Assembly (NCBI GenBank): GCA_963774265.1
Contig: CAVZDU010000001.1
Coordinates: 64,001 to 128,000, forward strand
Reading direction: 5' to 3'
Source: an uncultured Chloroflexia bacterium
GTDB taxonomy: Bacteria; Chloroflexota; Anaerolineae; CG2-30-64-16
DNA: 64,000 bases
This document shows, in pieces, positions 39,521 to 50,280 of the stretch. The position numbers and the translations under genes are program-made. Every line of letters starts with the position of its first letter. Position 1 is the stretch's first letter. The notes beneath the pieces are model-generated. The model had not been told where the DNA came from, did no database searches, and was given only the letters and a program-made list of their open reading frames with translations.

Positions 39521-40501
39521 TTAGTTGGGGGATGCGCCGCGCAGTCTGGCCCACTCGCGTACGAGCTCCTCCTCACGCTCGTTAAGCTTCTCGGGGAGCA
39601 TCACGCGCACCCTCGCGTATAAATCTCCCCGTTCATTGCCCCGCAGCTTGGGCATCCCTTGGCCCGCCAGCCGGATTGTGCGGCCGGTTTGCGTGCCGGG
39701 TTTGATTTTCAAAGCGACCGCACCTGTGAAGGTGGGGACACGCACTTCGCCACCCAGCAATGCCTGGAACAAGTCTACGGCGATTTCGGTATACAAATCA
39801 TCTCCGCGGCGCTCGAAGTTTGCGTCCGGCAACACCTTGACAACCAGATAGATGTCGCCGCGCTGACCGCCGGCCATGCCGCCCGGTCCCTCACCTGCCA
39901 TCCGGATGCGCGAGCCGGTCTTCACGCCCGCAGGAATCTTAACTTCCAGGCGGCGGCCGTCCACGTCGAGCAGCCGTTGGGTGCCGCGAAACGCCTCCTC
40001 CAGTGTGACTTCGATCTCGTGCTCGTAATCTTGGGGTGGGGTGGCTTGAGCCGTGCGGCGCGCACCCGTTCGACGACCGGTTGCCGCGCCCGCCGTGCCT
40101 GTTGGCATGCCGCCGAAGATGGCCTGAAAAAAGTCGGAGAAGCCCTGCTCGCCGCCAAACAAGTCGTTGATGTTGCCGTACTCGACGCGCACATTACCTC
40201 GTGCGCCACCCGGCGCGCCACCCGCAGAGTACTGGCCCCAATCGAACCCGCCGCCTTGCCCACCGGTTTGCTGCCAGCGCTGGTAGTTCTGCCCCAGCTC
40301 GTCATACTTGCGGCGTTTTTCTGCATCGCTCAGCACTTCGTGAGCTTCGTTGATCTCTTTGAAGCGCGCTTCGGCGGCCTTATCGTCAGGATTCATGTCA
40401 GGATGATATTGGCGCGCCAGCCGCCGATAGGCTTTCTTGATTTCTTTCTCGTCCGCGTTCTTCTCAACACCCAGAGTCTTGTAGTAGTCCTTATACTCCA
40501 T
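39521..40501 (-). CDS. cbpA: Class B J-domain protein (CbpA/DnaJ-like, no Zn finger)
   Basis: KDYY, HPD motif, G/F-rich region, DnaJ C-terminal domain. Confidence 0.85.
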   Translation of the reverse strand: MEYKDYYKTLGVEKNADEKEIKKAYRRLARQYHPDMNPDDKAAEARFKEINEAHEVLSDAEKRRKYDELGQNYQRWQQTGGQGGGFDWGQYSAGGAPGGARGNVRVEYGNINDLFGGEQGFSDFFQAIFGGMPTGTAGAATGRRTGARRTAQATPPQDYEHEIEVTLEEAFRGTQRLLDVDGRRLEVKIPAGVKTGSRIRMAGEGPGGMAGGQRGDIYLVVKVLPDANFERRGDDLYTEIAVDLFQALLGGEVRVPTFTGAVALKIKPGTQTGRTIRLAGQGMPKLRGNERGDLYARVRVMLPEKLNEREEELVREWARLRGASPN

Positions 40502-40547
40502 CCCTGACTCCCCGTTAGCCCCGGCGGCGAAGGGTGACAGCAAAACC

Positions 40548-40576
40548 AGTATAGCCCCGCGGCTGGGGGCTGTCAA
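40548..40576 (-). promoter_or_regulatory. sigma70 promoter for the cbpA operon
   Basis: TTGACA-N17-TATACT. Confidence 0.7.
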
Positions 40577-40709
40577 GAGATTCTCGGCATTCGCCGACCC
40601 GGTTAGCTCAGACCCCTCAATACAAACCGGCCAAACCCTTGCCCCCAGTTATGACCGGAGTCAGGACTTTAGCCGGTTCATGTGACGTTACCGTAGACCT
40701 AAGAGTTGC

Positions 40710-41516
40710 TTATGGAATCACCAAAGTCTGCCCGGGGAAAATCCGGTCAGGATCCGTGATCTTGTTGGCCTCCGCAAGCTGCTTGACCGTCAACCCATAC
40801 TGTCGCGCGATGGAGAGCAACGTATCCCCACGTTGAATCACATACGTCTTGCCTTGGCCCGCACTTGGCTTCGCCGCTCCCGCCGCTTCGCTGCTGCCGC
40901 CCGGCAACTTGAGCACCTGACCAATTGCGATGTTGTCGGCGTCCGCCAGTTTATTCAGAGTTGCGAGCTCCTTGACCGTCGTTCCAAAACGCCGGGCAAC
41001 CGACCCCAGCGTGTCGCCCTGCTGCACAGTGTAGGTGGTCGAGCTGCCCGTTGTGGTTGTTCCGGATCCAGTCGTTGTCCCCGTGCCCGGAATAACCAAC
41101 ACCTGCCCAAGGATCAGCGCATTCGGGTCCGCGAGGCTGTTGAGTTGCGCGATCGCTTCGGTCGTAGTCCCAAAGCGACTAGCAATATCCAAAAGCGTGT
41201 CGCCGGCCGCCACCGTGTATTTGAATGTTTGGCCGCTGCCCGCTGCGGTCACCGCCGTTGGGTTGGCCGCCACCCCTGACTGAGAGGCAGGCGCACTTGG
41301 CGTCGATGCCGTACTTGCACCACTACCCCCCATCGTGGGCACTGCAACCTGAGTAGACGCCGGCACGACGGCAGTCGGTCCTGCCACAGTGGCACGCGCA
41401 GCCGGCGTACCTGTGCCGGTGGTCAACGCGGGCCTTTCCCTATTACAGGCCGTCATCGTCATGCTGAACAAGATCAACGTGCCAAGGACCAGCACTCGCT
41501 TCAGATGGTTATTCAT
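40710..41516 (-). CDS. Lipoprotein with three LysM domains
   Basis: Lipobox MTAC; three YTVxxGDTLxxIAxxFG repeats. Confidence 0.9.
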   Translation of the reverse strand: MNNHLKRVLVLGTLILFSMTMTACNRERPALTTGTGTPAARATVAGPTAVVPASTQVAVPTMGGSGASTASTPSAPASQSGVAANPTAVTAAGSGQTFKYTVAAGDTLLDIASRFGTTTEAIAQLNSLADPNALILGQVLVIPGTGTTTGSGTTTTGSSTTYTVQQGDTLGSVARRFGTTVKELATLNKLADADNIAIGQVLKLPGGSSEAAGAAKPSAGQGKTYVIQRGDTLLSIARQYGLTVKQLAEANKITDPDRIFPGQTLVIP

Positions 41517-41578
41517 GAGAACTCCTCCCCCGTGCCCCGGCGTAGAAAAATGCGGATTACACATGAACACTTGGCGCC

Positions 41579-41607
41579 AGCATACCATAGGCTATACCCA
41601 ACGTCAA
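41579..41607 (-). promoter_or_regulatory. Putative sigma70 promoter for the LysM gene
   Basis: TTGACG-N17-TATGCT. Confidence 0.55.
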
Positions 41608-41631
41608 TATCATTTTCTGGTTGAACTGCCA

Positions 41632-42817
41632 CTATAAGACGCCGAGCGCCTTCCCCACCTTGCCAAAAGCCTCCAGACCTTGCTCCAGATCATCGCGGCT
41701 ATGCGCGGCCGTGTTCATCACACGGATACGGGCTGCGCCGCGCGGCACCGTCGGGAAGCCGATGGGCATCGCAAAGACACCCGCACCGAATAGCTCGCGG
41801 CTGAATTGCTTGGCCAGGCCTGCATCGCCCAGCATCACCGGCACGATGGGCGTCTCGCTCCGCCCGGTGTCGAAGCCAAGCTTGCTTCATCTCGCCCTGG
41901 AAGGTCGCTGCGTTGTCCCACAACCGCTTAACCAGCTCCTCGGAATCTTCCAGCAGATCCACCGCGGCCAGGCACGCCGCGGTATCGGCCGGTGTGACTG
42001 CACTCGAGAACAGGAATGGTCGCGCCTTCTGCCGGATGTAGTCGATGATGGTCTTCTTGCCCGCGATGACGCCGCCCACCACGCCAAACGCCTTGCTGAG
42101 CGTGCCGATCTCCACGTCGAAGGCGCCGTGCAGGCCGAAATGATCCACGATGCCGCGACCGCCGCGACCCAGCACGCCCTCGCCGTGCGCATCGTCCACC
42201 ATGGTCAGCACACCGTAACGGTCGGCAACCTCGGTCAGCTTGTCCAGCGGTGCAATATCGCCGTCCATGCTGAACACGCCGTCGGTGATCATCAGGCCGC
42301 GGCGATAGTTAGGCAAGTGCTCCTTGATCTTTGCCTCAGCATCGACTGGGTCGCAGTGTTCGTAGACGATGATCTTGGCGCCGCTCAGCCGTGCGCCGTC
42401 GATGATGGAGGCGTGGTTCAGTCGGTCGGAGAAGATGACATCCTCCTTGCCCACCAGCGGCGCGATGGCCGCCTGGTTCGCGAGGAAACCGCTCTGAACG
42501 TAAAGCGCGTCCTCGACGCCCTTGAACTCGGCCAGCCGGCGCTCGAGTTCGAGGTGCAGTGCCTGCGTGCCCGCGATCGAGCGCACCGCGGCCGGCCCCA
42601 CGCCCCACCGGTCCACCGCCGCCTTGGCCGCCTCCTTCATAGCCGGGTGATTGGCCAGTCCCAGGTAGTTGTTGGTGCAAAAGTTCAGCACCCGCTTGCC
42701 GTCGACCACCATCCAAGCGTCCGCAGGGGAACCCATGATGCGGAAGTTGATGAGCAGATTGCTCTCGCGCAGGGCATCCATGTCCGCGCGGATGAAGTCG
42801 AGTTTGTCGTTGGACAT
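41632..42817 (-). CDS. kbl: Glycine C-acetyltransferase (2-amino-3-ketobutyrate CoA ligase), 1-bp insertion near 41883
   Basis: [37 protein letters not shown]; C-terminus [19 protein letters not shown] in shifted frame. Confidence 0.88.
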
Positions 42818-43037
42818 CAGTCACCTCATGGTGCGATTTCGTTCATGTAGATTCTTCGGCCACGACGCCTTGCTCTCCGAGGCTCATGGGCGGAAGCTAT
42901 TCAGCAGCCTCAATGGTGCGTGTTGCCCTTCAGGCACCAAAAACGCCAGACAAGCCGCTCCATGGCAGTTGTATTGTACTACAATCATGAGGCTGCATTC
43001 AAGGTGATTTGGAAGTGGTCGCCCCTCCGCCTGACAC

Positions 43038-43070
43038 AAAAATCGGGGGCCCCTCGCGGAGCCCCCGACT
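43038..43070 (-). terminator. Rho-independent terminator of hppA
   Basis: tcgggggc...gcccccga stem with TTTTT on minus strand. Confidence 0.75.
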
Positions 43071-43107
43071 CATTCAAAACCGTTCACGTCACCGTGTGAT
43101 CCGGCCG

Positions 43108-45400
43108 TCACGCCTCAACGGAGTACTGCGCCGGCCGCTTGCTGCGCGAAATCGCCCAGATGATCACGCCCAACAGCACCACCAACGCGATGATCATCAC
43201 GGGCGGCGTGCCCTGGATGCCCACGACGATGGGCGCGATGATCAGGCTGATCAGGTTGATGACCTTGATCAACGGGTTCAGCGCCGGGACCAGCCGTGTC
43301 CTTCAGCGGGTCGCCCACGGTGTCGCCGACGATGCTCGCCTTATGCGCATCTGAGCCTTTGCCGCCGTACTGTCCTTCCTCCACCAGCTTCTTGGCGTTG
43401 TCCCACGCGCCGCCGGTGTTCGACATGAACACCGCCAGCAGCTGGCCGGACAGGATGACACCCGCCAGGAAGCCGCCCAGCGCCTCAGCCTTCAGCGCGA
43501 AACCAACGACGATGGGGATCAACACGACCATGATGCCCACAGGCAGCAGCTCGCGCTGCGCAGCCAAGGTGGAGATGCCGACGGCCTTCTTGTAGTCCGG
43601 CATGACTTTGCCCTCGCGCACGCCCGGCACATCGAACTCCTTGCGCACCACCGCCACCATGCCGTTCGCCGCGCGGGCCACGGCCTTCACCAGCAATGCG
43701 GCGAAGAGCACCGGGATGCCGCCACCGATCAGGAAGCCGATGAAAATACGAGGATCGGCAATGTTGATTCCCTGGATGACCTTGTCCGCGGCCAGTGTTC
43801 CCGCCTTCACCATCTCGCCCTGCACCACGCCGATATCGGTGATGAAGGAGCCAAACAGCGCTACTGCCGCAATAACTGCGGAGCCGATGGCCACACCCTT
43901 GGTGATGGCCTTGGTGGTGTTGCCGACTGCGTCCAGGTCGGTCATGATCTTACGAGCGCTCTCGGGCATCTTGGCCATTTCACCGATGCCGTTGGCATTA
44001 TCGGAGATGGGGCCGAAGGAGTCCATCGAGACCAGGTTGCCGGCATGGGTCAGCCAGCCGATACCGATCAGCGCCACGCCGTAGATCACGTACTGCATGC
44101 CCAGGCTGCTGTAGACAATCACCGAGACCATGATCGAGGCCGCGATGGTGAAAATCGACCACACGCTGGACTCGTAGCCCTCGGCCAGACCGCTTAGAAT
44201 CGTGGTCGCCGGGCCGAAGCGCGTGCTCTTGGCAATTTCCTTCACCGAAGTGCTTTCGGTGGCAGTGAAGATCGCCGTCAGGCGGTTCACGATGACGTTG
44301 AAGATGACGCCTGCCGAGATCATGGCCGCTGGCTGCCACCAGTTGACGGGGTCAGCAGCCCGAATGTAGACGAAGCTCAGCAGGAAGGAAAATGTGATGG
44401 TGATGACCGAGGAGACCTCGTAGGCGATCTCCATGCGTGCCAGGCATTGCCCTTGGCGACCGTGCGCTCCCAGACCGGCACGGAGAAGGTGCCGACGATG
44501 GAACTGATGACTCCAATCGCACGGACCAAAAGCGGGAAGACGATCCAGTAGACATGGCCCGTGACGCGCATCAGCGCCAGGCCCAGGATCAACGTCGGAG
44601 ACAATGGTGACCTCGTAGGACTCGAAGATATCCGCCGCCATACCGGCGCAATCGCCCACGTTGTCGCCCACCTGGTCGGCGATAACGGCCGCGTTGCGCG
44701 GGTCATCTTCTTCCAGGTTCTCCTCGACCTTACCGACCAGGTCCGCACCCACATCCGCGGCCTTGGTGTAGATGCCACCACCCACGCGCATGAAGAGCGC
44801 CAGCAGCGTGCCGCCGAAACCGAAGCCCAGCAGCGCATCCGGCGCTGCTGCGCCGAAGATGATGAAGATCGTGGTGCCGCCCAGCAGACCCAGCCCATCG
44901 GTCAACATGCCCGTGACAGTGCCCGAGCGGTAGGCGATGCGCAGCGCGTCGCCGAAGCTTTCGGCCTTATCCTTTCCCATAGACGCTGCAGCCACGCGAA
45001 TGTTGCCCTGAACTGCCATGCGCATACCGAGCTGGCCGACGATCAGTGAGAACGAAGCGCCGAGGATGAAAGCAGCGGCTCGACCGAAGGCGATGACGAT
45101 GCGGGCGTTATCGCCGAACATGTCCAGCGCCTCAGGCGTGGGCTTGGCGATCCACACACTGCCGAATAAGGCAAACATCAAGATCCCGACAAATGGGAGG
45201 ATCGTCCGGAGTTGTTGCCCCAGGTACGCGTCCGCGCCTTCCTTGACAGCGGTCCAGACGCGGATCATGGCGTCCGTACCCTTGCCCTCGCTCATCACAT
45301 TGCGGAAGAGCGAGTACGCGTAGAGAAGACTGATGACCGCGATCACCAGCACACTGGCGATGCCTGCAATTTCAAACGACGTCAGATGTAGTTCAGCCAT
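43108..45400 (-). CDS. hppA: Membrane-bound pyrophosphatase, K+-independent H+-PPase type; three indels (~44597, ~44445, ~43287)
   Basis: GGGIYTKAADVGADLVGKVE, DNVGD, GNTTKA, GDTVGDPLKDTAGP; corrected C-terminus ALNPLIKVINL...YSVEA*. Confidence 0.92.
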
Positions 45401-45456
45401 GAGACCTCTTGGAACCTCCTCAAAAACAAAAGAATTGACCGTAGCGCAACACTTCC

Positions 45457-45485
45457 ATTCTAAACACTCACATTTCCTTTGTCAA
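45457..45485 (-). promoter_or_regulatory. sigma70 promoter for hppA
   Basis: TTGACA-N17-TAGAAT. Confidence 0.7.
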
Positions 45486-45536
45486 AAAGCCTGCAATTTG
45501 ACTCGTATCATGTGAAAGGAATCACCTGATATTTGT

Positions 45537-45565
45537 TTGACAGGGAACCGCCTTGGGAAGATAAT
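45537..45565 (+). promoter_or_regulatory. sigma70 promoter for rnd
   Basis: TTGACA-N17-GATAAT, ending 6 nt before ATG 45572. Confidence 0.65.
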
Positions 45566-45571
45566 AGTCAA

Positions 45572-46747
45572 ATGACTATTGAAGCAACGAATCTGACGCA
45601 GCGAGACTATCAAGCGCCGGAGAGGCTTTCAGCGCCCGTGCTGGTTGACACGCCGGCAGCCTTCGCCGCAATGCTCGACATCCTGTCTTCCCAGCCGGCT
45701 TTGGCGCTTGACACGGAGTCTAACAGCCTCTACCGCTACCAGTATCGCGTCTGCTTGATCCAGATAAGCACGATCGATGTCGACTTCCTGCTGGATCCGC
45801 TGCGGCTGCATGATATCGAGCCGCTGGGGAAAATCCTGGCCAACGAGACCGTGCAAAAGGTATTTCACGCGGCCGAGAACGACATCCTGATGCTGAAACG
45901 CGATTTTGGATTCAGCTTCGCCAATATTTTCGACACGATGCTGGCCGCGCGCATCCTGGGCTGGCGCCGAGTCAGTCTGGCTGCGCTGCTGCTGCAACAT
46001 TTCAGCGTCACGCTGGACAAGCGCACACAGCTCACCGACTGGGGCCAGCGTCCCCTCACAACCCCGCAACTCAGTTACGCCCGCCTGGACAGTCACTATC
46101 TGCTGGCCCTGCGCGATTTGCTCAGCGACGCGCTCCGCGCCCGCAAACGCTGGCGCGAGGCGCAGGAAACCTTCGACGGGCTGCCGCGGGTCACGTACAC
46201 CGAAAAAGCATTTGATCCTGAAGGCTTTTGGCGCATGAAGGGTGCGCGGGATCTGATCCCCAACGAGTTAGCTGTTTTGCGTGAGCTCTACCTCTGGCGC
46301 GACGAACAGGCGCGCCAGCTCGATCGACCACCGTTCAAAGTCCTGGGTGACGAAACGCTTCTCCACCTCAGCCAGCTGCAACCACAACACCTCTATGAGC
46401 TTCCGCTCAGCCCCCGGCAGATCGATCAGTGTGGCAAGAAGCTGCTGGACGTGATTCAGCGCGGAAGATGTGCACCGCCTCCGGCGCCGCCGGCAAGGCC
46501 ACACAATGGGAACGGACGCCCTGATCCCCAGGTCCAGGCGCGCTTCGACAAGTTGCGCGCCTGGCGTGCACAACGTGCGGCTGAACGACAGGTCGACGCC
46601 GACATTGTGCTGACCAATGACGCGCTTATGTCTATCAGCCGCGCTGCACCCACGACCGTCGAAGCATTGGCGAACGTGGGTGTGATGGGGGAGTGGAGGC
46701 TCCAAGAGTACGGCCCGGAGTTGCTGCGCGTGCTGGGCGCTTCGTGA
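45572..46747 (+). CDS. rnd: Ribonuclease D with two HRDC domains
   Basis: ALDTE, CLIQIS, FHAAEND, FDTMLAA, DWGQRPL, YARLD; HRDC repeats. Confidence 0.9.
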   Translation: MTIEATNLTQRDYQAPERLSAPVLVDTPAAFAAMLDILSSQPALALDTESNSLYRYQYRVCLIQISTIDVDFLLDPLRLHDIEPLGKILANETVQKVFHAAENDILMLKRDFGFSFANIFDTMLAARILGWRRVSLAALLLQHFSVTLDKRTQLTDWGQRPLTTPQLSYARLDSHYLLALRDLLSDALRARKRWREAQETFDGLPRVTYTEKAFDPEGFWRMKGARDLIPNELAVLRELYLWRDEQARQLDRPPFKVLGDETLLHLSQLQPQHLYELPLSPRQIDQCGKKLLDVIQRGRCAPPPAPPARPHNGNGRPDPQVQARFDKLRAWRAQRAAERQVDADIVLTNDALMSISRAAPTTVEALANVGVMGEWRLQEYGPELLRVLGAS

Positions 46748-46754
46748 CCCTGCG

Positions 46755-46973
46755 ATGGTCACTTCCTACCCCGAAATACGCCTCGGCGATATTGTACGCA
46801 TGCGCAAGCCCCATCCGTGCGGCGGCACGGATTGGGGCGTCGTCCGCCTCGGTGCTGATATTGGCATCCGCTGCGAGGGTTGCGGCCGTCGGGTCCTTCT
46901 GCCGCGGTCGCAGTTCATCCGCCAGGTCAAGACCTTGTTGAAACAAGGCCCGGCTCCCGAGCAACTCGCATGA
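46755..46973 (+). CDS. DUF951 (YyzM-like) protein
   Basis: LGDIVRMRKPHPCG...RLGADIGIRCEGCGRRVLLPR. Confidence 0.88.
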   Translation: MVTSYPEIRLGDIVRMRKPHPCGGTDWGVVRLGADIGIRCEGCGRRVLLPRSQFIRQVKTLLKQGPAPEQLA

Positions 46974-48313
46974 CTGAGTCAACAGATCGCGGCTTCGGCA
47001 CGGTGTTGTCCAACCGCCATTTCCGCGCACTTTGGTTCGCGCAGTTGATGGCGCAGACTTCACAGCATGCCATCCATTTCATCCAGATGGTGCTCGTCGA
47101 GAAGCTCACCGGGTCGGCCACGCATCTTGGGATCACCATCCTCGCATTTACGATCCCAGGCATCCTCTTCAGTCCCATCGCCGGAGTAGTTGTGGATCGG
47201 TTCCCCAAGAAGTGGATCTTGCTCGGGTCGAACATCATACGCGTCTTCTTTGCGCTCAGCTATATCCTCGTTCTCAACCAACTCGAGGGCGCCTGGCGGC
47301 TCATCGCCATCTATGTCATCACCTTTCTGACCTCGACGCTGGCCCAGTTCTTTGCGCCCGCTGAAGGAGCAACGATCCCGATGTTGGTGGGTGAGAAACA
47401 CCTGCTGGCCGCTAACTCACTCTTCACGCTTACCATCGCCGCCGCCCAAATTCTTGGACTGATGATACTTGGCCCCCTCTCGATCAGTCTGCTGCGCGTC
47501 GAGGGCGGCTTCATCGTGGTGGCCGTCCTCTACCTGATCGCGGCCGTTTCCGTGTCAACGCTGCCGAAGGACAAACCTGTAGCGCGGGTCGCAGCGGCCG
47601 TCTCCCCGTGGAAGCAACTGTGGGGTGATATCCGCGAGAGTCTTCAATTTGTCAGTGGACAACGCCGCATCCAGGCGGCCCTTGTGCAACTGGCGGTCAT
47701 CGCCACCATGATTATGATCATGGCGATGCTGGCGCCTGGCTATGCAGCGCGCGTCTTGGGCATGTCCGCTGAAGATGCCGTGATTGTCTTTGCGCCGGCC
47801 GGTGTCGGCATGTTACTGGCAATCGGCCTGACCGGCCGCTGGGGTCATGTCTTGCGGCGTGTGGGCTTCGATTACCTGGGCCTGATCCTCACCGGCTTGA
47901 CCTTCGCCGGCATGGGCTGGATGGCGCTAGGCTATGACAGACTGATGCGTCCCATTTTGCAGCTTTACCCTAACGCTGGCCTGAGCCTGACCAGCGCTAC
48001 CATGGCTTTGGCTTTTGTTCTGGGCCTCTGCCTGGCTGGCGTTAACATCCTCGCGCAGACGCTCGTCCAGCAGCAGTCGCCGGCCTTCATCCGCGGTCGC
48101 GTGCTCGCCATGCAGTTCACTTTGAGCAACATGGTCGGCATCCCCCCCATGCTGGCTCTTGGCATCCTTGCGGACGCCATCGGCATCCCGAGGGCCATGG
48201 AAATCGTGGGGCTGATAGCCATAGTCATGGCCATTCTGAGCATGGTGGTTCAGCGCATCCCAGCGCGTGTCCCACCGTTAGCCGCCGACGCGACGCAAGA
48301 AGGCGAACCATAA
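46970..48313 (+). CDS. MFS transporter
   Basis: GVVVDRFPKK motif A, ~12 TM, RGRV; ATGA coupling. Confidence 0.88.
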   Translation: MTESTDRGFGTVLSNRHFRALWFAQLMAQTSQHAIHFIQMVLVEKLTGSATHLGITILAFTIPGILFSPIAGVVVDRFPKKWILLGSNIIRVFFALSYILVLNQLEGAWRLIAIYVITFLTSTLAQFFAPAEGATIPMLVGEKHLLAANSLFTLTIAAAQILGLMILGPLSISLLRVEGGFIVVAVLYLIAAVSVSTLPKDKPVARVAAAVSPWKQLWGDIRESLQFVSGQRRIQAALVQLAVIATMIMIMAMLAPGYAARVLGMSAEDAVIVFAPAGVGMLLAIGLTGRWGHVLRRVGFDYLGLILTGLTFAGMGWMALGYDRLMRPILQLYPNAGLSLTSATMALAFVLGLCLAGVNILAQTLVQQQSPAFIRGRVLAMQFTLSNMVGIPPMLALGILADAIGIPRAMEIVGLIAIVMAILSMVVQRIPARVPPLAADATQEGEP

Positions 48314-48332
48314 CCCGGTCAACCAAGGTAAT

Positions 48333-48362
48333 TTGACACCAGGGACCCCTGACAGGTATAAT
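48333..48362 (+). promoter_or_regulatory. Consensus sigma70 promoter for the rpmH operon
   Basis: TTGACA-N18-TATAAT. Confidence 0.8.
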
Positions 48363-48442
48363 CTTTTAGGTTAAGCGGGTGAGACCTGCTATCTGTCTCG
48401 CCTGCTTTTTCTGTCTGCGATTAATATGAGGAGTACGAGTTC

Positions 48443-48583
48443 ATGTCCACCAAGCGTACGTATCAGCCGAAGAGCCGCCGCCGTCAACGGGTGCACGGAT
48501 TCTTCAGCCGCATGAGCACTCATGGCGGTCGCCGCGTGATTGCGGCTCGCCGCAACCGTGGTCGAAAGCGTCTGTCGGTCTAA
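48443..48583 (+). CDS. rpmH: 50S ribosomal protein L34 (not in ORF track, 46 aa)
   Basis: [46 protein letters not shown]; GAGGAG RBS. Confidence 0.97.
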   Translation: MSTKRTYQPKSRRRQRVHGFFSRMSTHGGRRVIAARRNRGRKRLSV

Positions 48584-48606
48584 ACACATCACATGGAAGC
48601 TTAGCC

Positions 48607-48945
48607 TTGGAGCGCCGGTTTCGAGTCAGCAACAATGAGCGATTCCGGCAGGTTCGGCAGGAGGGCGCAAGCCACGCGCACCCGTTGTTGATCTTGAGTT
48701 GCCTGCGCAACGATTTAGATGTCAGCCGGTGCGGCTTCACCGTAAGTAAGCGAGTCGGTAAAGCGGTCGAACGAAATCGGGCCCGGCGCCGGATCCGCGA
48801 GGCGGTGCGAAATCTGTGGGATCTCGTCCAACCGGGTTGGGACCTGATCTGGATTGCCCGGCCGGGCATCAATGAAGCCAGCTTCGCCGACTTACAGGAT
48901 GCCTGTGCCCGCCTATTACGGCGGGCACGCTTGCTGATAGAATGA
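48607..48945 (+). CDS. rnpA: Ribonuclease P protein component
   Basis: [23 protein letters not shown]. Confidence 0.95.
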   Translation: MERRFRVSNNERFRQVRQEGASHAHPLLILSCLRNDLDVSRCGFTVSKRVGKAVERNRARRRIREAVRNLWDLVQPGWDLIWIARPGINEASFADLQDACARLLRRARLLIE

Positions 48946-49151
48946 AGCGAATTTTCTTGGTCCTGATACGGGGTTATCAGCGAATTATCTCGCCGTGGTT
49001 TCCGCCTTCATGCCGGTTCTATCCGTCCTGTTCGGAATATACCTATCAGGCAATCGAAAAGCACGGGGCCCTGCGTGGCGGATGGCTGGGCATTCGCAGG
49101 ATCAGCCGGTGCCACCCCTGGAATGAAGGGGGCTATGATCCCGTACCTTAG
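48942..49151 (+). CDS. yidD: Membrane protein insertion efficiency factor
   Basis: [31 protein letters not shown]. Confidence 0.96.
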   Translation: MKRIFLVLIRGYQRIISPWFPPSCRFYPSCSEYTYQAIEKHGALRGGWLGIRRISRCHPWNEGGYDPVP

Positions 49152-49172
49152 TCTAGAGGAGCGTCTCTGAGC

Positions 49173-50243
49173 GTGAACAAAAAGCACCGCACTCTGCTGT
49201 TGGTCGGTGTACTGCTGGTCGCGGCCGTGATCCTTTCCGGTTGCACGATACCGCGGGGCAGCATCGATCTCAACAATCCCCCCGGCTGGTGGGAAGGCAT
49301 CATCGTCTATCCCCTTGCCAAACTCCTGATGGCGATGAATGGCTTCCTCCAGAAGCTTGGCATCGTCTCGAATAGCTGGGGCTGGGCGATCATCGTCTTC
49401 ACCATCGTGATCAAGCTCGTTACGTTCCCCTTGACGCTCAAGCAGCTGCAGTCGACCAAAGCGCAGCAAGCGATTCAGCCAAGGCTGCGCGAGCTGCAGG
49501 AGAAGTACGGCAAGGATCGGCAAAAGCTCTCCGAAGAGCAGATGAAGCTCTACAAGGAAGCGGGCATCAATCCGATGGGCGGCTGTCTGCCTATGCTCGT
49601 CCAGTTGCCGATCCTGTGGGGCCTCTATCAGGCTCTCTACGTTCTTGCCAATCCCAGCATCGCTCAACTGAACGGCCAGCGCTTCTTCTGGATGCCTGAC
49701 CTGTCACTTCCAGCCCTGGCGACGCCGGATCAAGGCGCCCCGATGCTCGGGAATGTCCCCATGGCGGGCACCAGCTGGATCAGCCCTGCGTTCCAGCAGC
49801 AAGCATGGGGCATTTTGCTTGCCTACTTCAGTCTGCCAATTTTCATGCTGATCACCCAGATGCTCGTGCAGAAGATGTCGCAGCCGGCAAAGGCATCGAA
49901 CAAGGGACAGCAGGATTCGCAAGCACGCATGATGAACCAGATGATGTTCTTCATGCCGATCATGTTCGCCTGGATCACCCTGGGGCTGCCGTCTGGTTTG
50001 ACACTCTACTGGACTGTATCCAACATCTTGGCTGTGATCCAACAGTACTTTGTTACGGGCTGGGGTGGGTTGGCCGATTGGCTCCCGTTCCTGCAGGGTG
50101 GCCAGCCGGCACTGGCAGCCGCAACTAGCGCAGACGCACCGGCTCGCAGCATCTATTCAGGAGCCACAAACGCCACTGCGCCCGCGCGCACAACTAGCGA
50201 AGCACCAGAAAAGCCAGCCAAGCGCCGCAAGCGCCGCCGCTAA
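49173..50243 (+). CDS. yidC: Membrane protein insertase YidC (lipoprotein type)
   Basis: Lipobox LSGC, NPMGGCLPMLVQLP, PSGLTLYW, basic C-tail. Confidence 0.95.
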   Translation: MNKKHRTLLLVGVLLVAAVILSGCTIPRGSIDLNNPPGWWEGIIVYPLAKLLMAMNGFLQKLGIVSNSWGWAIIVFTIVIKLVTFPLTLKQLQSTKAQQAIQPRLRELQEKYGKDRQKLSEEQMKLYKEAGINPMGGCLPMLVQLPILWGLYQALYVLANPSIAQLNGQRFFWMPDLSLPALATPDQGAPMLGNVPMAGTSWISPAFQQQAWGILLAYFSLPIFMLITQMLVQKMSQPAKASNKGQQDSQARMMNQMMFFMPIMFAWITLGLPSGLTLYWTVSNILAVIQQYFVTGWGGLADWLPFLQGGQPALAAATSADAPARSIYSGATNATAPARTTSEAPEKPAKRRKRRR

Positions 50244-50280
50244 CTCTGGTTTGGTTCACCCTCTCTGAGGAAGTATACGT

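Noticed and set aside
38230-40620. CIRCE, HAIR or CtsR operators near cbpA/clpC
   Set aside because: No match to TTAGCACTC-N9-GAGTGCTAA, CTTGAGT-N7-ACTCAAG or CtsR heptad repeats was seen.
40601-40680. tRNA-like start GGTTAGCTCAG
   Set aside because: No T-arm GTTCRA, anticodon stem or acceptor pairing.
42818-42965. Glycine riboswitch in the ~150-nt kbl leader (GGAGAG and GCCGAAG present, two small hairpins)
   Set aside because: Lacks the conserved CUCUCAGG element and a supportable P1 stem; an Infernal/Rfam scan would settle it.
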